Of a DNA stretch of 40,944 bases, positions 35,752 through 40,944 are shown piece by piece. How positions within the stretch are numbered: position 1 is the stretch's first letter; every line of letters begins with the position of its first letter. The notes under the pieces were generated by a model that saw nothing but the letters and a program-made list of their open reading frames with translations, did no database searches and was not told the origin of the DNA. Where the stretch lies: positions 1 to 40,944 of the forward strand of contig JBDRNY010000032.1 in the NCBI GenBank assembly GCA_043810635.1. The letters run 5' to 3'. Both the position numbers and the translations under genes were made by a program. The DNA comes from Candidatus Micrarchaeota archaeon. GTDB lineage: Archaea > Micrarchaeota > Micrarchaeia > Anstonellales > Anstonellaceae.

Positions 35752-37023
35752 TTAGTTTTTCCCAAGCAGGTATTTCCAGAGCGGCAGAAATAAAATATTT
35801 TTTCCATCAACTTTTTTTGCACCTTCAAAATCCCAAGTTATGACGAGCAGGGAATCGCACCTAAGCTCGCGTGATGCCCGCACAAGCGCATCAGTCTCGC
35901 GCTTTATGGTGTTTGGCTTATCCAGATCACGGCAAACCTGGATAAGCTGCACGACCCGCTCCTTTTGCTTGATAACAAAATCCACTTCTCGCTGTTGGTG
36001 GTCTTTCCAATAATAAAATTCATAGAACGGAGTAGAATGCATCTGGCGGAGAATATGGGTGGCAACAGCATTTTCCATGCTGCGGCCCCAGTTTTCTGAG
36101 AAGCTAAAGCCTGCCGCACGCGCAAGCCCAGTGTCAATGCAATATATTTTCTTTGGTGCATTGGCCTGCTCCTTTAGCTTGAAGCTGAATCGGCTGACTT
36201 CGAAGATTAGGTAGGCATTCTGCAGATAGTGCACATAATTGCTGATTGTTGCCGGATTGCTGATTTGTGCAACAGGCATTAGGCGGCGGTAGGTGAATTC
36301 GCATCCTGTGTTTGAAACAAGATATTTTGCCAGCAAACGGATCTGCACAGGCTTGCGCAATCGGTAACGGAGTATGACATCGCGCTCCAGCATATCCTTA
36401 TATAATGCCGAGAGAAACTCAAAGCCGAGCTTCTGCGCCAGCGGAAAACCGCCTTCCCGAAGAAAGCGCTCGAGGGAGGATTTTGCCTGTGCAATGGATG
36501 ATGTAAGATTCGAATTGACAGATATCTTCTGGTATTTGAGGTATTCATCAAAGGAGAATGGCAAAAGCACATGGTCGATATGCCTCCCTGTGAGGGCGGT
36601 CGCCAGCTCAGATGAGAGCAGTTTTGCATTGCTTCCGCTTATTATGACTCTTCTTGTGGAAATGATGCGTGCTATAAACCGTTCCCAGCCCGGCACATTC
36701 TGAATCTCATCAAATATCAGCCAGCGCGGCTCGCCTTTAAGCTCATAAATAGCTTCCAGCACATCCTGGAGAAGGGAGGTTGAAATGGAAAAGCGGTCGT
36801 CCTCAAAATTAACATAAGCATATGAATCGCCTCCTGCCATAAGGGCGGAAAAGATGGATTTTCCTGCCCTTCGCGGGCCGGTAATGATGGATGCGACCGA
36901 CGGGATTGTTTTTATGCGGGCTTTTTCCACCCCGTGCCTCTGGATGATGTGCTCTGTGGCAAATTTCTTCCTGAGGTCGCTTTCCTGATCTTCTATGATC
37001 TGCTTGATTCCTTGCGTTGGCAT
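35752..37023 (-). CDS. AAA+ ATPase (AAA_14) with DUF4143 / PD-(D/E)xK-like C-terminus
   Basis: GPRRAGKS, FDEIQNV.GWE, SGSNAKLLS, LTGRH, GGFP, KKIYCIDTG, EVDFV..IQVC; visibly more GC-rich than its flanks. Confidence 0.9.
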   Translation of the reverse strand: MPTQGIKQIIEDQESDLRKKFATEHIIQRHGVEKARIKTIPSVASIITGPRRAGKSIFSALMAGGDSYAYVNFEDDRFSISTSLLQDVLEAIYELKGEPRWLIFDEIQNVPGWERFIARIISTRRVIISGSNAKLLSSELATALTGRHIDHVLLPFSFDEYLKYQKISVNSNLTSSIAQAKSSLERFLREGGFPLAQKLGFEFLSALYKDMLERDVILRYRLRKPVQIRLLAKYLVSNTGCEFTYRRLMPVAQISNPATISNYVHYLQNAYLIFEVSRFSFKLKEQANAPKKIYCIDTGLARAAGFSFSENWGRSMENAVATHILRQMHSTPFYEFYYWKDHQQREVDFVIKQKERVVQLIQVCRDLDKPNTIKRETDALVRASRELRCDSLLVITWDFEGAKKVDGKNILFLPLWKYLLGKN

Positions 37024-37050
37024 GGATAGATTAAGGCACAGAGGTTTATT

Positions 37051-37103
37051 AAAGTATCTATGTTTAGTTGTATACTTTTAATGAAAGTATATAGGTATAC
37101 TTT
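37051..37103. promoter_or_regulatory. Four alternating AAAGTAT(A)/TATACTTT half-sites, operator-like
   Basis: Sites at 37051-37057, 37071-37078, 37084-37091 and 37096-37103, upstream of the second ATPase. Confidence 0.5.
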
Positions 37104-37319
37104 ACACTAAAATTCAGAAGAAAGCAACACCTGCCAAATTTTATAGAAACATCTGCCCTGGCGCTAAGCACTATAACTATAATTGATTATATCAAAATTG
37201 CTAAAATAAGAAAAACAATTGCAAGAAGGTTTTTTGCTTCCAAAGCCATGCCCCTATATCAACGGCTTCTTATTAAAGATTTTGCCCCTCTTCTATATTC
37301 ATTGTTTTAGGTTATTTTT

Positions 37320-39956
37320 ATGGCATCAAAACCAGAGCTTCGCGCGCAATTTGGAAAGGAATGGGAAAAGCATTACACACTGGATATATTGAAGGAAAGG
37401 GGCTATTCGAGGAAGGAATGCAAGCAATGCAAAAGATATTTCTGGTCTAAAAATGAGAGGGAAAATTGCGGAGACTCTTCTTGTGTTGGCTATGAATTCA
37501 TTGGCAACCCCCCCTCAAACAGAAAGCTTTCATATACAGACACTTGGAGGGAAATTGAAAAATATTTCACTTCAAACAAGCACACTTCAATAAAGCCATA
37601 TCCAACAGTTGCAAGATGGCGCGATGATTTGTATTTTACGATTGCATCAATAAACAATTTCCAGCCTTATGTAGTATCTGGGGAAATGCCCCCCCCAGCC
37701 AACCCGTTAATTGTGCCACAGCCATGCATAAGATTTAGTGATTTGGCTAATGTTGGAGTTACGGGGAGGCATTATACAAATTTTGTTATGATAGGGCAAT
37801 GCGCATTTAATAACAAGCAAACAAAGGAATTTTATTGGAAAAACGAGGCAATTTTGCATGACATTAATTATTTGAAAGCATTGGGAATTCCTGAAGATGA
37901 ATTAACATTTAAGGAAGATGTTTGGATTGGAGGGGGGAATTTCGGCCCTTCAATGGAATATTTTTGCAAGGGAATAGAATTGGGCAATTGCGTGTTTATG
38001 CAATACGAGAGTTTGGGCAACGGGCATTTCCGGGAGTTGGAAACAAAAGTAATTGACATGGGCGCAGGATTGGAAAGATTATGCTGGATAACCCACGGCA
38101 CCCCCACCTCTTATGATTTGGTATTTGGCCATGTTATTGGCAAAATGAAAAAAACAAGCGGAATAAAAGTGGATGATAAATTATTGGAAGGATATGCAAA
38201 ACTTTCAGGAGTGATTGATGTTGAGGAAGGGCATTCCAAGCATTCTGAAGAGGAAGTTATTGCAAGAAAATTAGGTGTTGATAAAAAAGAATTATTCGGC
38301 CAATTAAACCCCCTCTTTTCCCTTTATGCAACAGCAGACCATTTGGCAACAGTATTGTTTGCAACAACTGACGGCCAGCTTCCTTCAAATATGGGGGGAG
38401 GTTATAATTTGCGCTTAATTTTGCGCAGGGCATTTGGATTTAATGATGAATATGAATGGAATTTGGATTGGAATTCAATAATTGAGGGGCACGCATCCCA
38501 CCTCTCCCCCCTCTTCCCTCATTTGCAGGAAGGGGCAAAAACAGCAATTGCTGTTGTTGATGAAGAGTTGAGCAAATACCGCGCCACCCAGAAAAAAGCA
38601 AAAGGGAAAATAGCAAATTTGGTGCAGCGCACTTCCAGGGAGCAGAGGGAAATTACAATACAAGAGCTTACCACCCTCTATATTAGCGACGGAATTCCTC
38701 CCGAAATGGTGGAAGCTGTTGCAAAAGAGCAGAAATTGAAAATTAAAATTCCAGAAGATTTTTATTCAAAAATAAGGAATTCTGACGAAGAAACAGCAAA
38801 AAAGCAGGCAGTTGATGTGCTCGGATTGCCAAAAACAGAAATGCTTTGCTATAGGGATGATTTGAAATTTAAAGGCAGGGTTTTGGCAATAAAAGACGGC
38901 TGGATAGTGCTTGACAAAACTGGTTTTTATGCAGAATCCGGGGGGCAAGTATCTGATGAAGGCACCCTCAACAACCAGGATGTTATTGAAGTAAAGAATG
39001 AGGCAGGGGTAATATTGCACAAAATATCCAATCCGGGCAAATTTATTGTCGGGGATTATGCTGAAGGGGAAATTAAGGAGGATAAAAGAAGGCAGATAAC
39101 GGCCCACCACACAGGCGCGCATGTATTAAATGCGGCAGCAAGAGATGTTTTGGGAACCCATGTATGGCAATGCGGCTCATTCAAGGATGAAAATAAAGCT
39201 CATTTGGATTTAACCCATTACAAGAGAATAACAGATGAAGAATTAAATGCAATTGAAATGAAAGCAAATGAAATTATTGCATCAAATTTGCAGGTAAAAA
39301 CAGATATTTACCCGCGCACTGTTGCAGAGGAAAAATTCGGCTTCCGCATATACCAGGGAGGGGCGGTGCCGGGCCTTAACTTACGCATTGTGTCAATAGG
39401 CAACATAGACCACCAGGCATGCGGGGGCACCCATGCAAAGCAAACAGGAGACATTGGCTTATTCAAATTAATAAAAAGAGAATCTGTGCAAGACGGGGTG
39501 GAAAGAGTTAGTTTCAAGTGCTATTTGGCAGCAGTAAAATATGTGCAGGAAAGGGATGCTGTAATAAAACAGCTTGCATCAGAATTATCAATTCCTGAAA
39601 AGCTCGTCATTGCTTCTGTAATGAAATTTTTTGAAGAATGGAAAGAAAGAGGAAAGAAATTGGCAAAATTAGAAGAAGCGCAAGCCCTTTTAACTGTAAA
39701 AAAGGAAATTGAAAAAGCAAAAGAGGAAGGAAAAGATAAAATAGAATTATCCTCCGTCCCCTGGTCATCCAAAAAAGTGGATTTGGCTGCCAAACAAATT
39801 TCAGATGCAGGATTAATTGCAATTTTGTCAAATAAAGATAAATTTATCGTAATTTCCCTCCCTGAAGAAAGCAAAGAAAATGCGCTTGAATTGCTGAAAA
39901 GCAAGGGTGCGAAAGGAGGGGGCAATGAAAAAATAGCAAGGGGGAAATTAGCTTAA
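37320..39956 (+). CDS. alaS: Alanine--tRNA ligase, archaeal type
   Basis: YPTVARWRDDLYFTIASI, QPCIRF, TGRH, IDMGAGLER, FYAESGGQ, HHTGAH, QACGGTH, KGGG. Confidence 0.97.
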   Translation: MASKPELRAQFGKEWEKHYTLDILKERGYSRKECKQCKRYFWSKNERENCGDSSCVGYEFIGNPPSNRKLSYTDTWREIEKYFTSNKHTSIKPYPTVARWRDDLYFTIASINNFQPYVVSGEMPPPANPLIVPQPCIRFSDLANVGVTGRHYTNFVMIGQCAFNNKQTKEFYWKNEAILHDINYLKALGIPEDELTFKEDVWIGGGNFGPSMEYFCKGIELGNCVFMQYESLGNGHFRELETKVIDMGAGLERLCWITHGTPTSYDLVFGHVIGKMKKTSGIKVDDKLLEGYAKLSGVIDVEEGHSKHSEEEVIARKLGVDKKELFGQLNPLFSLYATADHLATVLFATTDGQLPSNMGGGYNLRLILRRAFGFNDEYEWNLDWNSIIEGHASHLSPLFPHLQEGAKTAIAVVDEELSKYRATQKKAKGKIANLVQRTSREQREITIQELTTLYISDGIPPEMVEAVAKEQKLKIKIPEDFYSKIRNSDEETAKKQAVDVLGLPKTEMLCYRDDLKFKGRVLAIKDGWIVLDKTGFYAESGGQVSDEGTLNNQDVIEVKNEAGVILHKISNPGKFIVGDYAEGEIKEDKRRQITAHHTGAHVLNAAARDVLGTHVWQCGSFKDENKAHLDLTHYKRITDEELNAIEMKANEIIASNLQVKTDIYPRTVAEEKFGFRIYQGGAVPGLNLRIVSIGNIDHQACGGTHAKQTGDIGLFKLIKRESVQDGVERVSFKCYLAAVKYVQERDAVIKQLASELSIPEKLVIASVMKFFEEWKERGKKLAKLEEAQALLTVKKEIEKAKEEGKDKIELSSVPWSSKKVDLAAKQISDAGLIAILSNKDKFIVISLPEESKENALELLKSKGAKGGGNEKIARGKLA

Positions 39957-39957
39957 T

Positions 39958-40455
39958 TTATTTCCTTTTCTTTTTTCCCTTCTTCCCTTTTCTTTCGCTT
40001 TTCACTTTAAAATATTCCAAAGTTTTTTCACTTAATGGCGATATTTTCTTGTAAGTATTTAGCTTGGGCCCTTCATGCCTTGCCATTTTGTGCTTTTTTA
40101 CTTTTTCAATAAGCAGATAAAGAAATGAATTGAATTTTTTCAAGTCAATTTCATATTCCTGGGCCATCCTTTCGCATTTTTGCAATAAATTAACCAAATC
40201 CACAAGCAATTTCGGGTCTATTCTCCCCTCTTTTTCCTGCTCCCTGATGCTTTCCATCAAAAGAAGGCGCGTCATATTCAATTCTTTTTCTATTTTCTTC
40301 AGCTTAGGGCTTTTATGCTTTATTTCAGCGCTATAGCTTGTACTCAAATCAATTACAACATCCCAGGAAACATTTTCCACCTGCTTAAAAATATGGGGTG
40401 GAAGGGCGTATTTTGCAAGGCCCGCATCATCTTCCTGCTGGCCCGCCCCCTTCAT
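39958..40455 (-). CDS. Hypothetical helical protein with basic tail
   Basis: Open frame with GGTGG RBS; no recognisable motif. Confidence 0.65.
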   Translation of the reverse strand: MKGAGQQEDDAGLAKYALPPHIFKQVENVSWDVVIDLSTSYSAEIKHKSPKLKKIEKELNMTRLLLMESIREQEKEGRIDPKLLVDLVNLLQKCERMAQEYEIDLKKFNSFLYLLIEKVKKHKMARHEGPKLNTYKKISPLSEKTLEYFKVKSERKGKKGKKKRK

Positions 40456-40464
40456 TTTTCCACC

Positions 40465-40944
40465 TTACTTCCTGTACCTTCTGTACAAAACAAATCCCGC
40501 AAACCCTGCAATTGCGACTGCAGGCATGCAGCAGCAGATGCTTTCTTCACTTGATACGGTGTTTGCAGTTCCGCCAACTTCTTCTGTATCTATGGCAGGC
40601 GCAAGTTCGCACTCCCCTGTCATTGTGTTGCACAAAAATCCTGAGCCGCAGGAAGGATTGTCATATTGGCACCCTTCTTTTGTTACGCACATTCCATTTT
40701 CATCCTGCTCAGTATCGCAATATTGTATGCTTGTGCATTTTACAGTGCCCCATACACATCCCTGCATTTGCTTGCAAGTGCCGTCATCTTTTTCATTCTG
40801 GTCCATATATGTGCATTCATACCCCGGAGCACATGGTTTCGTGCCCCATCTGCACCCAATCCTTGCTTCACAAGTTTTGCCGCCGGCAGCCATTTGCTGC
40901 CCGCCTGGGCATCCGCAAGCATTTGCATCATCAGCAAGCTCTCC
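40465..40944 (-). CDS. Cys-rich surface protein with C-terminal TM anchor; 5'-partial
   Basis: Frame is open to the window edge (GELADDANACGCPGGQQMAAGG...); three GC..G...C..G..C repeats; hydrophobic tail followed by RRYRK. Confidence 0.75.
   Translation of the reverse strand, partial: GELADDANACGCPGGQQMAAGGKTCEARIGCRWGTKPCAPGYECTYMDQNEKDDGTCKQMQGCVWGTVKCTSIQYCDTEQDENGMCVTKEGCQYDNPSCGSGFLCNTMTGECELAPAIDTEEVGGTANTVSSEESICCCMPAVAIAGFAGFVLYRRYRK

Overview
Archaeal chromosome window, AT-rich, most consistent with a DPANN lineage (Micrarchaeota-like; inferred from gene content and sequence style, not from a search). Backbone genes: rdgB, rps15, rps3ae, nac, map, top6A/top6B, a Dim2/Pno1-type KH protein, rps10, tuf, rpl40e, glmU (frameshifted), albA, a NusA-like protein, aspS and alaS. 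There are five tRNA genes: Thr, Asn and Glu carry canonical 37/38 BHB introns; Leu and Val are intronless. Accessory content: VapBC, HicBA and MNT-HEPN toxin-antitoxin modules, an orphan HicB, a probable Doc remnant, a repeat-PIN protein next to an RNA ligase, an HNH protein, a coiled-coil protein with a RelE-like tail, two AAA+/DUF4143-type ATPases, an MtnN-Apt fusion, an atypical PfkA and several Cys-rich surface proteins. The most notable structure is a tandem array downstream of rps10: each of two TA cassettes is followed by an extra copy of the rps10 3' end, the copies differ from the gene only at third codon positions, and no integrase is visible. Similar displaced gene-end scars lie beside tRNA-Leu, tRNA-Val and a DUF2666 gene. 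Related small palindromic modules recur in tRNA introns, in the broken tRNA fragments and in intergenic DNA. No CRISPR array, rRNA, transposase or integrase was recognised.
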